NCBI GenBank assembly: GCA_002269645.1
Contig: NIVC01002194.1
Location: forward strand, 85,349 to 149,348
Source: Macrostomum lignano
Taxonomy: Eukaryota
Reading direction: 5' to 3'
Length of the DNA: 64,000 nt
The notes under the pieces are model-generated. The model saw nothing but the letters and a program-made list of their open reading frames with translations, did not search any database and was not told where the DNA came from. Both the position numbers and the translations under genes were made by a program. Positions 50,172 to 62,073 of the stretch are shown here, piece after piece (position 1 is the stretch's first letter; each line of letters begins with the position of its first letter).

Positions 50172-52988
50172 AGAAAACAAAAAAGACAAAACAAAAGCAA
50201 AGTAAGCAAAAGGAAGCAAACAAGCTTACTATCCAACCGTTTGCTCTGCTTTCGGGGCGCAATCGAAGATCTTCGACTAATTCCTTCATTGTAAGCTGAG
50301 AAGTTCTCAGCGTGATTGCTAGAATAATTCTTGTTCGAAACAGACCTTGGCAGGTGCAGTTTGTACTCGGATGGCCGTTTGAGAGGCTGTGCTTCAGATG
50401 ATGCTACAATTATGGGTTGCGTTTTAATACTAGCGTATAATAATAAGTGTGAAATCCCAGTCTTAGGGTATTTATTTATTATGCTACGCAAAGAGCTTGA
50501 AAGTATGTTGACTTACTGTGCACTAAGAGAAAACTCGTGGTCAGCAGTCCAGAATATGAGTCCGGGTGATCGGTGCGCAGTTTGTCGATCAACTCTTGGC
50601 TGATTGGACGAACCTGGAATGACTGAGCAAAGCTGGCATTGTTCTGCGAGATCGAGTCGCCAGGGATAGTCAATCCAAAGCGGCTGTCCAACGGACTGAC
50701 GATTTCGGCACCCTGCTGGGTCAGGTTGAACCGGCTGACTTTCCACCGGACCACCGGCACGATCGTGATCGGGACTTCAGACATCCTCGTCTCAAACCAT
50801 CTGTACTGGCTGGGCAGACCGCCCTGTTGAATCTCATCCGATGGCACCTCCGTCCATGACGTGTCATTCTTGTTGTACACCTGGGTGCGAAGGCAGATTA
50901 CATGTAGGTCAACGGTTCTCGCCATTTGTTAGTTCTTTTTAGTAAGCCCGTGATTACCACCCACAAATGGCAATCCCCAGTGCACAGAATGTGTTATTAT
51001 CTACGTTAAGGCTTCGGGACACTGTCGCCTTAATTTGAGCCACCCCCTTGCAGCAGTTGCAAGTCAACTAAGATCTACGAGGTGCAGAACCGGGGCATTA
51101 AAACACTCTTTATTTAACTTTGCATGAACTTCAGTAGCAAGCATAAACAAGTACGCACTGATAATTTTCTTTCAACTTACATACAGAACTGTCTCTTTTC
51201 CGGGTGACTTTCCAGCCGATTGCGGCAACACCAGAAACCACTGGACAGTTCGGCCGCCGTAGCTGCTCCCAAGCTCGGACCGCCCGATGGCCTCAATGCG
51301 CACAGCTCTACCAGCGACCTCCTCGGATGCTGGGAAGGAACATGGCCGTAGCAATGAAGACGCATCCGTGCAGCGAATTTCGTCGCGAATAAATGCTCCC
51401 TCCGGTGCCCTAATCGCGCATCCTGGCGAGTCTCGACCGAACAGAGCTTCCGGTTCGTTGCTGTCTTGGAGTTTAATCACCACAGGTCTCCAGCTGCGCT
51501 CTTCTTCGCGTAGCAGTCGCGCTTCCTCGCGCTCGCGTTGCAGTTGCTGCTTCTCTTCGCTTTTACGCTTCTTCTCCTCCTCAGCTTGCCGTTGACGCAG
51601 TTCACTTATCCTCTGTTTCTCCAGTCGTTCTTTTTCCTCACGCCTCTGACGCTCTTCTTCCTCACGTCTCTGACGCTCTTCCTCCTCACGTCTCTGACGC
51701 TCTTCCTCCTCACGTCTCTGACGCTCTTCCTCCTCACGTCTCTGACGCTCTTCCTCCTTACGTCTCTGACGCTCTTCCTCCTCACGTCTCTGACGCTCTT
51801 CCTCCTCACGTCTCTGACGCTCTTCCTCCTTACGTCTCTGACGCTCTTCCTCCTCACGCTTCTGACCCTCTTCCTCTTCTTCTTTTCGTTTTCTTTCAGC
51901 CTCCCCTCTCTCACGATTGAGACGGTCGAGCTGTAAAGTTGAAAATTAAACGGAATAAACAGTTTCGTACATTCATGCTTGTATGCAAGTAAAACAAAGC
52001 ATTTTGTGGACTCCTCAACACTGGAAATTCAGAAAAGCACGATTGGAACAAAAACACGAAAAATCATATCTATTTATTAAAGGGTTTAAATGTACCCTAA
52101 ATGTAAAGCTACGAAGTTGATCTATGCTATGGCTATGCTATGCTTTATCAGTGTGAGCTTGTACACACCTCATCCTGAACGTCAGCGGCCAGCTCTGCAC
52201 CTCGCTGACTATTCTGCAGCGTCTCTCTGATGAGCGTCTCAACAGATTCAAACAGGTTGACAGTGTCTTTCAGCGTCCGTGACAGATCGAGCAGGTCTTT
52301 CAAATCGTCTTTAGAAATTCGTTTCTTTACAGTTGGACCGCCGCCACCTCCCTCTCGCATGAAATTGTCGATGTCGTCACTTTCTGTTTGCGTCGGTATT
52401 AAGGAGGCGCATTATGTAGATCAATAATATCATTACATTAACGACAGTACAGTAAGATCACAATTTGTGTGCCTAAGCGTACACACCCGCATTTAGACTC
52501 CCTAATTTTAGGGGGTCTAAAGGGCCCCCCGCACCCTCACCTCAGACCACTAATTCAGGGCATGCATTGACCTACATAATTCTGCTCCTATACTTGCACC
52601 CGCCGAAAGCCAATCAATTTTCTGGCTTGCCAAGTCAAAATTTTCAAACTCGCAAACAGCAAATCTTAAAAACGTCTGAAGACCTATTTCTCAGACATCT
52701 CGCTCAGGTTACATACGTACCCTGTGGCAGCTCAGATAGCAGCTTAACCTCCACCAAAAGCTCCTGCAGTGCTCCCATCGCCCTTGAAGACGCTTCGATC
52801 TGCGACTGTAGCACAGCATTGCAATCCTCTAAACTTCCATTAGCCTCATTCAGCTTGGTATTAATTTCTTTCACATTTCTTCCTTCGGCACTTTCCTGAC
52901 CAGGCGGTTCTGTTCTCCGACTCTTCAACTGTTTGGTGAAGCCGCGAAGTTCATTCTCGATGCCGTTGAATGAGTCCGTTAGGTCCAT
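48185..52988 (-). CDS. Coiled-coil / ER-rich single-alpha-helix / ZU5-ZU5-UPA / death-domain protein (DTHD1/PIDD/ankyrin-ZZUD-like); 5' end unresolved
   Basis: Phase-consistent exons 52988-52721, 52383-52169, 51930-51181, 50880-50517, 50403-50230, 50081-49928, 49827-49698, 49571-49333, 49221-49043 (this donor least certain), 48554-48364, 48280-48185. ZU5-like GCAIRAPEGAF and FNLTQQGAEIVSPLDSRFGLTIPGDS; UPA-like HRGFVQVF; death domain YLRELAMDIQDNWSILADQLGVSKERCSAIRNAYPEQSDQALEMLISW...LIKALKAC. Confidence 0.82.
48631..48866 (+). mobile_element. tRNA-derived CORE-like SINE, copy 2, in an intron of the death-domain gene
   Basis: A-box TAGTCTAGTGG, B-box GGTTCGATTC, TGTGTCCTCGAACAAGACACTTAAC...CTCTAAAATGGG; colinear with 2839-3080 through gatgcgccgcg. 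Confidence 0.85.
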
Positions 52989-53733
52989 GCTTAAGCGATT
53001 TTGAAGCTTGGTAAGGAATTCGTTAGTTAATTAATTTCTTACCAGACTTGTCTTCGTCTAGCTAAAAGTTAGAAGCTACAGCTACTCGTTTGAGTTTATA
53101 CTCTGCTCTCTGCTCTCAAATGATTCAGTGCCTTTGGAAAGTAAAAACTAAACGATTTAAAGCTTTTTTTCGTTCGCCAATGCCTGCAGTTGCTGATTGT
53201 CACCATTGGAGACCATTGGAATAGACGACACATTGGAACTGATAAGATTAGCCAGTTTACTCTGTTAGACTTGAATTGTTTCACAATTGAAACGCATTTT
53301 GCGCCAGACATTCAGGAGATTTTTCGCTTCGAATGCAGATCTCGAAGGCTGAGATTTAGGAAAAATTTTATCAGCATGCGTAGCTACTCCGTCTGCTTAG
53401 CACTTTTTAAAATGTTACGAAAAACTCTGCGAGAGAAAAGGCAAGAAAATTGCATACTACTTTAAGTAGGTTTCAGTCAGACACTAAACATGAGTATTGA
53501 ATGTCAGTTAGTCATTCAAGCAACCCTGTTGCAACGTTGACAACTTCAGCTGGTAGGCTACATCATCCGCGCCGAGTCGTACTGCCCACAACCGGCGCAG
53601 AAGGTGCTGCTGCCGCTGCCGCAGGTGCCACACGACACTTCGTCGACTGCCGTTGCTTTTGTCACGTTGAACGATAGACGGCGAGGCGGATGACTCAGAC
53701 ATTAAAACGTTCAAAGCCACCTGTTTTACCTGA

Positions 53734-54790
53734 CTATTTTTGTCCAGAGTAAAGAGGCGGATACGAAGGTATGACCGAGCACAGCGAGGCAGGCCCAAGA
53801 TCAAGTAAAAAGGTTAGGTGCCGCAAGAGGATGGGGAGCAGCTGATGACGCTGCTTCCACCGCGCGCCGGCGATTGCCTCGACACCAGGTTGGATGTAGC
53901 GGAACACGGAGTCGCTTCGCCAGTCACCCAAGGCCATCACTTCGTGCACTGATGCACCTGAGCTGGCGAAGAAGGTCGTTCCGCCTCTGCACAATGAGTG
54001 CCCGGAGATTGCCGTCGTGTCGAGGCCTGCCGCTGTCGCCGCATTGAACAGCTGTCTTGTAAACTGCGGTCAAAACACCGGGACCAGTTGTTGGCCCACC
54101 CGAAAGGCGAACAGAAGCGAGTCGGGTCCGTTTCCAGCGATATTGTCGCGCTTAAGGTAAAGGAGAACCACGCTGAACGGGCATAGCGGATGTGGACACC
54201 CGTTCGTAGCGGGCAATCGTGGCAGCCAGACCATGTGCTGACGCTCAGCGAACTGGATTGTCTTGCTGTGCCGGACTCGCAGCTCGATGCCGCTGTTGCG
54301 CATCTGCAGGTCTTTCAGTCGCACCGCTTCGGCTGACAACTGCGGGCTCCGGGCGGCTGACACAGAAGGGAGGCAAAGATTGGCCGTAGGCAGCAATCCC
54401 CAGAAACCTACCAGCAGACAGCACCAGAAGGCCGCGCCGCGGCAGGAGGTTGTGTCGATGTGGGACCTGAGCTGCTGCAGCATGGTGGGGGTCAAACCGA
54501 TTTTCTGTCTCGCATGGGCGCCCCGCTGCCGCTATTGACACCTTGAAGGGCAAGCGCACTAGAGGATGAACAGTAGGGTCGGCTCTCCCAGTCAGCTTGT
54601 AAAGCCACGACACCGCGTGCAGGTAGGTGGAGAGGCTGGAAAAAGCGGTCAGGTGCTTGAGGTGCAGGTAGGTGGAGAGGCTGGAAAAAGCGGTCAGATG
54701 CTTGAGGTGCAGGTAGGTGGAGAGGCTGGAAAAAGCGGTCAGGTGCTTGAGGTGTAGGTGGGAGACGTAGAGTGACACCGTCGCAGATGA
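53734..54790 (-). pseudogene. Inactivated tyrosine recombinase of a DIRS/Ngaro-type retroelement (5'-truncated remnant)
   Basis: SAM-like N-terminus (STYLHAVSWLYKLTGRADP), MTPTMLQQLR, AAFWCCLLVGFWGLLP(R>P)TANL, HSKTIQFAER, LCPF, LLF, GHSLC(R>C)RGG, GDWRSDSVFRYI. At least two frameshifts near 54560 and 54497, an in-frame stop at 54070, and a 45-bp triplication at 54619-54755. Confidence 0.85.
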
Positions 54791-55538
54791 CGTGCAGGTA
54801 CCCTCGCCGAATCATCATACGCTTGACGGCGTCTTTTTTTCATTGTTGCTCGCAAATTATACCTTGGACATATTAAAAGCTTCAGATTTTGACATTGACA
54901 TAATTTTAACTATTCAATGTAGATCCTACATGTACTTTGTATTGCTCGTAGTTGAAAAAGCGTTCATCGGAAAGTGCCTACTACTGCGGGGCGCAGGTGC
55001 CGCGAAAAGGCTGCGAGGCCCCTATCGCAACCCCGCGAGACCCCGCGAGGCCCCAAAAGTGCCTAGTACTCCTACATGTATTTTGCACCTTTATGCGAGC
55101 ATTAATTTAAAGCCAGTGCATTCGACAATCACAGATCATCCGCGTGCTTCGTGGAAGGATAAAGAAGGGGATAAATCTGGGATCTGGCCAATAAAACTGG
55201 ACCGATAGAGGAGAATTCTGATAAAGCTTCGCGCTGAGAATTCTCAATATTGATTCGTGTGCGCGAAGGTGGCAGAGCAGCGGCAGGTGGTAGATAAGAT
55301 GAAGACGGCGTGTTCTCATTGATAAAGGAGGCAATATTAGCGCTGAAAACGGGGTTTCGTCAGCCTTGCAACTTTAAGCCATGCATCGCCAATCCTTCCT
55401 TGATTATTAGCTAAAGTCCCGTATCAAGCTTGCAGAGTCCAGGTTTACACAACCATAAAAACGGGGCCTTTATATTTTTGATCTGGTTTTTGTCGAAATC
55501 AGCTGAGAAAAGTTCTCACTCTCGATTCTTTTTTCAAT

Positions 55539-58500
55539 ATGGCCCAGTCTATAACTTACGTGCTGCTTGCGGCAGCTGCGGCCACATCCGCTCTGGCCAC
55601 AGTCTGTCGACAGGGCGTCCTGAACCTGGCCATCATTCACGAGTCGCGCATAGATTGTCAAAACGAGAGCCGGCCTCCAACCGAAGAGGAGTTCCTGCGC
55701 AGTCTGGCCGTGCACCATGCTGTGGCTGAGGCTAATGAGAAGCTGGGCTGGCTAGCAACTGAGCACAGAGTCTTATTTGGCTTTGTCCACCTCGACCCGT
55801 GCCTAAACAATAGCCGGGCATTGGAACTGGCTGCTCGATTGCGACCGGTTCAAAAATTACCTGAAGGCGCGCCTACGTTAAACGACAACTGCGGTCGATT
55901 AAACTCCGAGTTAAACGAGACATTTCACTACGTATTCGCCGTGGTGTCGGCCTGGTTCAGCAGTCGGACGAAACTAGTGAGCACGCTCATACAGCAGTGG
56001 AAATTGCCCCAGTTAGCTACGGAAGCCAGTAGCCACGAATTAGCGTTTAGAGAGCTCTACCCGAATCTGTATCGACTAGTTGCTAACGACGCGCATCAGG
56101 CTAAACAGGTTGCCGAGTTCCTTGCTAGTCGAGTCAATTGGAGCTACGCCGCAATCCTGCATAGGGACGACGAGTACGGCAGAGGACTGGCCTCGGCAAC
56201 GCGATTGTGGCTGCAAAATCGAAACGCTTCGCTCTGTATTGCTTTCTCCTTTGCTATTGGAGTTGTTGGTACCAATCAGCAACTGCTTCAGGTAATGAAA
56301 GAAGCAGATATTGTAAAGTTTTAGTGATCTAGTGATCATATTTAGTGATCATATCTATTGGTAGCTGCATCAGAACAGTATCTATCGGTAGATGTATCAG
56401 GACAGTATATTTCGGTATATGCATCAGGACATTTATCTATCGGTAGATGTATCAGGACAGTATCTATCGGCAGATGTATCAGGACAGTATCTATCGGCAG
56501 ATGTATCAGGACAGTATCTATCGGTAGATGTATCAGGACAGTATCTATCGGCAGATGTACCAGGACATTATCTATCGGTAGATGTATCAGGACAGTATCT
56601 ATCGGTAGATGTATCAGGACAGTATCTATCGGTAGATGTATCAGGACAGTATCTATCGGCAGATGTATCAGGACAGTATCTATCGGTAGATGTATCAGGA
56701 CAGTATCTATCGGCAGATGTACCAGGACATTATCTATCGGTAGATGTATCAGGACAGTATCTATCGGTAGATGTATCAGGACAGTATCTATCGGTAGATG
56801 TATCAGGACAGTATCTATCGTAGATGTATCAGGACAGTATCTATCGGTAGATGTATCAGGACAGTATCTATCGGCAGATGTATCAGGACAGTATCTATCG
56901 GTAGATGTATCAGGACAGTATCTATCGGTAGATGTATCAGGACAGTATCTATCGGTAGATGTATCAATGGTTAAGTCAGCAGTGTTTTCCAGTTCACTAT
57001 TCAGAAGCAGCATTTTTTCGCCTAAAATTTCCAGAGTTTACGTTTTGTTTTGTTCGATTTCTACAGCTCGCTGTCGGACGCGGTCTACGCTGAAATCCAA
57101 TCGCGCAATGGCATCATAGTTACTAGCGACGCTAATTCAGGCTCGGTTCATCCGAACGGCGCTAGTAACTATGCTATTCACGTGTCCTTTCCAACTCATC
57201 CAAAGCCAGACTTAATTGACAGATACTGGGCCATGGACTACTCTGTTCTAAAAGAGTACTCGTCGCTGTATCCGGGCGGAGCCGAACTTTTCAAAAAATT
57301 GTCTGGAGGCTCAACGGAGCATAATTTTAGCCGATGGAGCAATCTAACCAGAGACAGCATCATTCCGCCTCTCGCCCGACTGTTGGACGCCATCGGGGTA
57401 GCAACGGAGTCTGCCATTCGGGCAATCGAATCATGCAGCAACACGTTCGACTTCCGACGGTGCGTTTCCATCGAACGAATAGTGGAGCAAATAATCAATG
57501 GCGAATTCTCTGGAGTTTCTGGAAAGATCAACTTCACGCTCGAGGGCGAGGTCGAGCCAATGTATCAGATCAGCCAACAGGTTACTTATTCCATCACTGT
57601 TATTTGCCTTTTTATTGAATCTGCCGAGTTTTTAGTCCAGATTTTTTCATTGGATCCACTGAAAACTACTACATTAGGCTTTTGAGTTGAATTAACGAAG
57701 AAACAAGTTATTTTAGATTCGTGATGGTTTATTGAAGAGCCCAAAGCCCATGGCTTCGTGAAATCTTACCGAAAAACTCAAGAGCACATGGATTCATGGC
57801 TTCGTAGCGGCTAAACAAATAATTAAGGGCCTGTGGCGACATGGTGGCTTAACGAAGAATCCAAGAATCCAAGGTCTAGTTCATCGAGCTTTTTGGTAGC
57901 TTACCAAAAACAATTCAGAACCCGTGGCTTCGTAGCGGCTTGGCCCCAAGGCCTGTGGCTTTGTGATTTCGTGGCCTTATTAGACAATAATGCATGGAAC
58001 TTGTGTTTCTAGATGGCCCGCTAGACAACCTATTGGTGTAGCCCAAAAGAAGTGAGAGTCTATAGGAAAATCCGAGATTAGGATCAATTACTGAGCCAAA
58101 ATCATATGCAAAATTTCATAACACTGTCTGCTACTTAAATGCAGCTAAATGGAAAATTCAACGTACTGTCTCCATGGGAGCCGGTCTGGCCTACCCCGGA
58201 CGGGTCCGAGCCTCGATCCTTCTGCAGTCCGCCTTGTCCTGGCGGTCACACGGAGGTTCCGACAGATAATTGCTGTTTCACTTGTCGAGCGTGTCCCCAG
58301 GCCAATCAGATTGTTACACAGAAGGACAGATTCACCTGTCAGGTCTGTCCAAGATTCACCTGGCCAGTTGAAGTAGACAGGAACAAGTGTGTCGACATAC
58401 CGGCTTACAAGATGTTTGGCAAACCAGAGTTTATCGTCTGTTTAAGCGTAGCACTGCTGATGTCAGCGGCTGCAGCCATTGTTACAGCACTATTCTGGAT

Positions 58501-61064
58501 TAATAGATGGCATCAGCTGATCAAGGCTAGCTGTCTGGAGCTGTCAATCGCATGCCTGATTGGTACGATGCATAAACTTAATTTAAAAAAATCTTATAGC
58601 GCTTTTTATGACATACTCCATGCTCGACCCGTTTAGACCAGAATACCCCAGCAATTAGCCTTCCCATCATTCTTAAAGACACATTTCTCTCTATACGAAT
58701 CAAATGGGGCATAGCCAGAATTTTTGCTGGCTTTTAGCCCGGGGCTTTTAGCACCAGGGGCTTTTAGCACCAGGGGCTTTTAGCACCAGGGGTTTAGCAC
58801 CAGGGGTTTAGCACCAGGGGCTTTAGCACCAGGGGCTTTAGCACCAGGGGTTTAGCACCAGGGGTTTAGCACCAGGGGTTTAGCACCAGGGGTTTAGCAC
58901 CAGGGGCTTTAGCACCAGGGGCGTCAGCACCAGGGGTTTTAGCACCAGGGGCGTCAGCACCAGGGGTTTTAGCACCCGGGACCTTAGCATCAGGGGCGTC
59001 AGCACCAGGGGTTTTAGCACCCGGGACCTTAGCATCAGGGGCGTCAGCACCAGGGGCATCAGCACCAGGAGCGTCAGCACCAGAGGCGTCAGCACCAGGG
59101 GCGTCAGCACCAGTGGCGTCAGCACCAGTGGCGTCAGCACAAGGGGCGTCAGCTACAGGGGCGTCAGCACCAGGGGCGTCAGCTACAGGGGCGTCAGCAC
59201 CAGGGGCGTCAACCAGGAGCGTTAGCTACAGGGGCGTCAGCACCAGGGGCGTCAGCACCAGGGGCGTCAGCACCAGTGGCGTCAGCACAAGGGGCGTCAG
59301 CACCAGGGGCGTCAGCACCAGGGGCGTCAGCACCAGGGGCGTCAGCTACAGGGGCGTCAGCACCAGGGGCGTCAGCACCAGGGGCGTCAGCACCAGGGGC
59401 GTCAACCAGGAGCGTTAGCTACAGGCACTTTAGCAGCGGGGCACCAGCATCAGCTTTCGAAGGGGCGGCATAGCTTCTGCTAGTCTTTGGGGGTCGCTGC
59501 CCCCCCCCCCTGGCTGCGTCTCTGCTCGACTAGCTGATCCAAACTCCCTTTTTGTTATTTTAATGGTTAACAATGTCAAAAGTACACTTTACGGGTCGTT
59601 AAGCATTCAGGAATTCAACTAAGCTTCATGGTGCCCGTCATGATGGTCCTGGAGCCAACCCCTTGGCGATGCAGTGCAGCTAATCTGTGCCTTCAGATGG
59701 GTCTAACCATCTCTTACGCTGCTCAGTTGGCTAAAACTGGGAGAATTTTTCTCGTATTCAACGCTTCGCTACGTGGGCGACCAGCTCCGGTGCTGGCAAA
59801 GTCAAGAGGCGTCTGCGCTCTGTGCGTTGCTGTGTGCGCCTCCATGGTGAGTGGGAGATGCATAGTTGGGAAGAGGCGGCTAGTGTTTTACGGAAGAAGT
59901 GTGATTTATGACATCAATTTACAGATCGCCATCCTGCTCCTATTGAGCCTGACCTCTCCGATAGTGCTGAAACGTCAGGAGTTGGGCAGTACACTGACAG
60001 GCGTTACAGACGAGAAACCGATTGTGGAGCTGCATTGCCGATTGCACGATGCCACCGCGTTCTGGGCTCCATTGTCGGTTAATTTGCTTCTATTGACAGC
60101 TGCCAGCTGCTTGGCTCTGCGAACCAGGTAATGTGTACTCAGATTAGTGCGTAGACCAGTGTAACACAGGATGGTGCATAAACTAAATAGTGCTGTGTGA
60201 AATGTTAAAGTACTTTCTGTCCTTGACATTCGAGTATAATAGAAGCGAGTGTTCTTAGCAAAAATTTTATCACTGGTGTCCTGTGAAGATACCAGTGCCA
60301 GTGGCTCGCAGTAATGTATGTATGTTTATGTATGCGTTCATGTACACGTATGATTCTAGTGGTAGTTATATAGAATGGTAGAATTCCCGTGTCCTCATGA
60401 TCACATTGTCCTCAGGATTAGTAGGATTCCCGTGTCTTCATGATCAAATTGTCCTCAGGATTGGTAGGATTCTTGTGTCTTCATGATCACAATGTCCTCA
60501 GGATTGGCAGAACTCCTGTGTCTTCATGATCACAATGTCCTCAGGATTGGTAGGATTCTTGTGTCTTCATGATCAAATTGTCCTCAGGATTGGTAGGATT
60601 CCCGTGTCTTCATGATCACAATTTCCTCAGGATTGATAGGATTCCCGTGTGATCCGGAAAGGGCTATAGTTGTCATTGTACTGACGTGCCTGACGCTCTT
60701 GTGGATCCAAAACTTTCTTAACCTTCAAAACCGACGCAGATCCCTACCGGACAATCTGCACGACTCGCGCTGCATTTTAATCAGCTCCGCGTGCAGCCTT
60801 TTCCTGTGGTCGGCATTCGTTCCGTTGGTTCTGACGTCGGCTTCACTGAACGCCAGCGCTCTGATGCTGGCCTTTTCTGCTACAGTAGCTCCCCTACTGT
60901 TGCTGGGAATTCAGTTTGTGCCAAAGCTTTATGCCGTCTATACAAAGCGAGGCTGCAACGAGAGTGGCGGCAGTTGCAACATTGTATTCTACATACCGGA
61001 GGTGGATAACAATAACAGAGTTTCGCCAACGACTACAAGAGAAACACCACCTGGGGAGCAGTGA
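55539..61064 (+). CDS. Class C GPCR (mGluR/CaSR/T1R/V2R-like: Venus flytrap, 9-Cys domain, 7TM), orphan, about 826 aa
   Basis: Exons 55539-56291, 57035-57580, 58145-58562, 59611-59846, 59925-60127, 60740-61064. Signal peptide; LYPNLYRLVANDAHQA, NWSYAAILHRDDEYG, GKINFTLEGE, CSPPC..NCCFTCRAC..TCQVC..KC (9 Cys), LIKASCLELS, QLAKTGRIF, LALRTRSLPDNLHDSRCI, GIQFVPKLY. The exon 1/2 junction is slightly uncertain. Confidence 0.9.
56360..56965. repeat. 27-bp minisatellite (tatctatcggtagatgtatcaggacag)n in GPCR intron 1
   Basis: About 22 copies. Confidence 0.95.
58704..59524. mobile_element. hAT-like MITE shell with internal 15/16-bp minisatellite (gcaccaggggcgtca)n in GPCR intron 3
   Basis: Degenerate TIRs ATGGGGCATAGCCAG and CTGGCTGCGTCTCTG with a subterminal C-run, the same layout as 9195-9663; array at about 58735-59425; TSD not recognisable. 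Confidence 0.6.
60388..60650. repeat. 43-bp minisatellite in GPCR intron 5
   Basis: (gtgtcttcatgatcacaatgtcctcaggattggtaggattctt)n, about 6 copies. Confidence 0.9.
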
Positions 61065-61289
61065 AGCTTTTGAAAGTTTTTGCAGCTCTGTTTTAATTAA
61101 GATTTGGAGCTTCAATCTTCATCTTCTGTACTTTTGTACTCAGGCGTAAAGCCCAAACGATGACTTGATTTGGAACTGTCGGGACGTCTAAATGACAATT
61201 TATCAGAGGTAACTTAGAGAACCTCAAATACGTCTAAACGATCAGTCGCTGGAGGTAGCCTAGTGACTCTCAAAGACGTCGAAATGACC

Positions 61290-61675
61290 ATTCATTGGGC
61301 TGATTAAGCAACTCTCAAAGACGCCCAAAGTATCATTGATGAGGGTGGCTTAGTGACCTTCAAAAACGCTCAAAGGATCGTTGATGAGGGTAGCTTAGTG
61401 ACCTTCAAAGACGCCCAAAGGATCGTTGATTGGACGTCTAGGTAGCTTAGCACCGGACGATGAGGGTAGCTTAGTGGCCTTCAAAGACGTCCAAAGGATC
61501 GTTGATGAGGGTAGCTTAGTGACCTTCAAAGACGTCCAAAGGATCGTTGATGAGGGTAACTTAGTGGCCTTCAAAGACGTCCAAAGGATCGTTGATGAGG
61601 GTAGCTTAGTGACCTTCAAAGACGTCCAAACGATCGTTGATGAGGGTAACTTAGTGGCCTTCAAAGACGTCTAAG
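61290..61675. repeat. 45-bp minisatellite downstream of the GPCR
   Basis: (tagtgaccttcaaagacgtccaaaggatcgttgatgagggtagct)n. Confidence 0.88.
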
Positions 61676-62073
61676 TGATTAATTCTTTACGGTAATCCGA
61701 TCGTGATACTTTATCCATCTTGGAGGATGCCCCTCCTCAGGTCAGATCTCAGGTCTAACGTAGATCGCAAACTAATCTACGATAAAAGTAAAAGCCTGTA
61801 ACTACCATTTGAATGAATAATGTTTTTCTCTCTAATTATTAAAACCGATTATCAGTTACTATTTCTGTTTTTTCAAATAAAGCTATCAAGGTACTTAAGT
61901 CTATGGCAAATTCCGGATTGACAGACGTTAACCTACAGAGAGCATTTCGATTGCTCAAATTTAATTGAGACTATTACGATAAGGTTTTCATGGAGTTAAT
62001 TTAGGACAAAAACCAGACCGAACTAAATTCATGCGGCACTGCGCACGCAGAGCCTGCCAATGAAACAGGCAGC

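Noticed and set aside
56342-57119. Repetitive ORFs of 223, 253 and 143 aa
   Set aside because: 27-bp intronic minisatellite in the GPCR gene.
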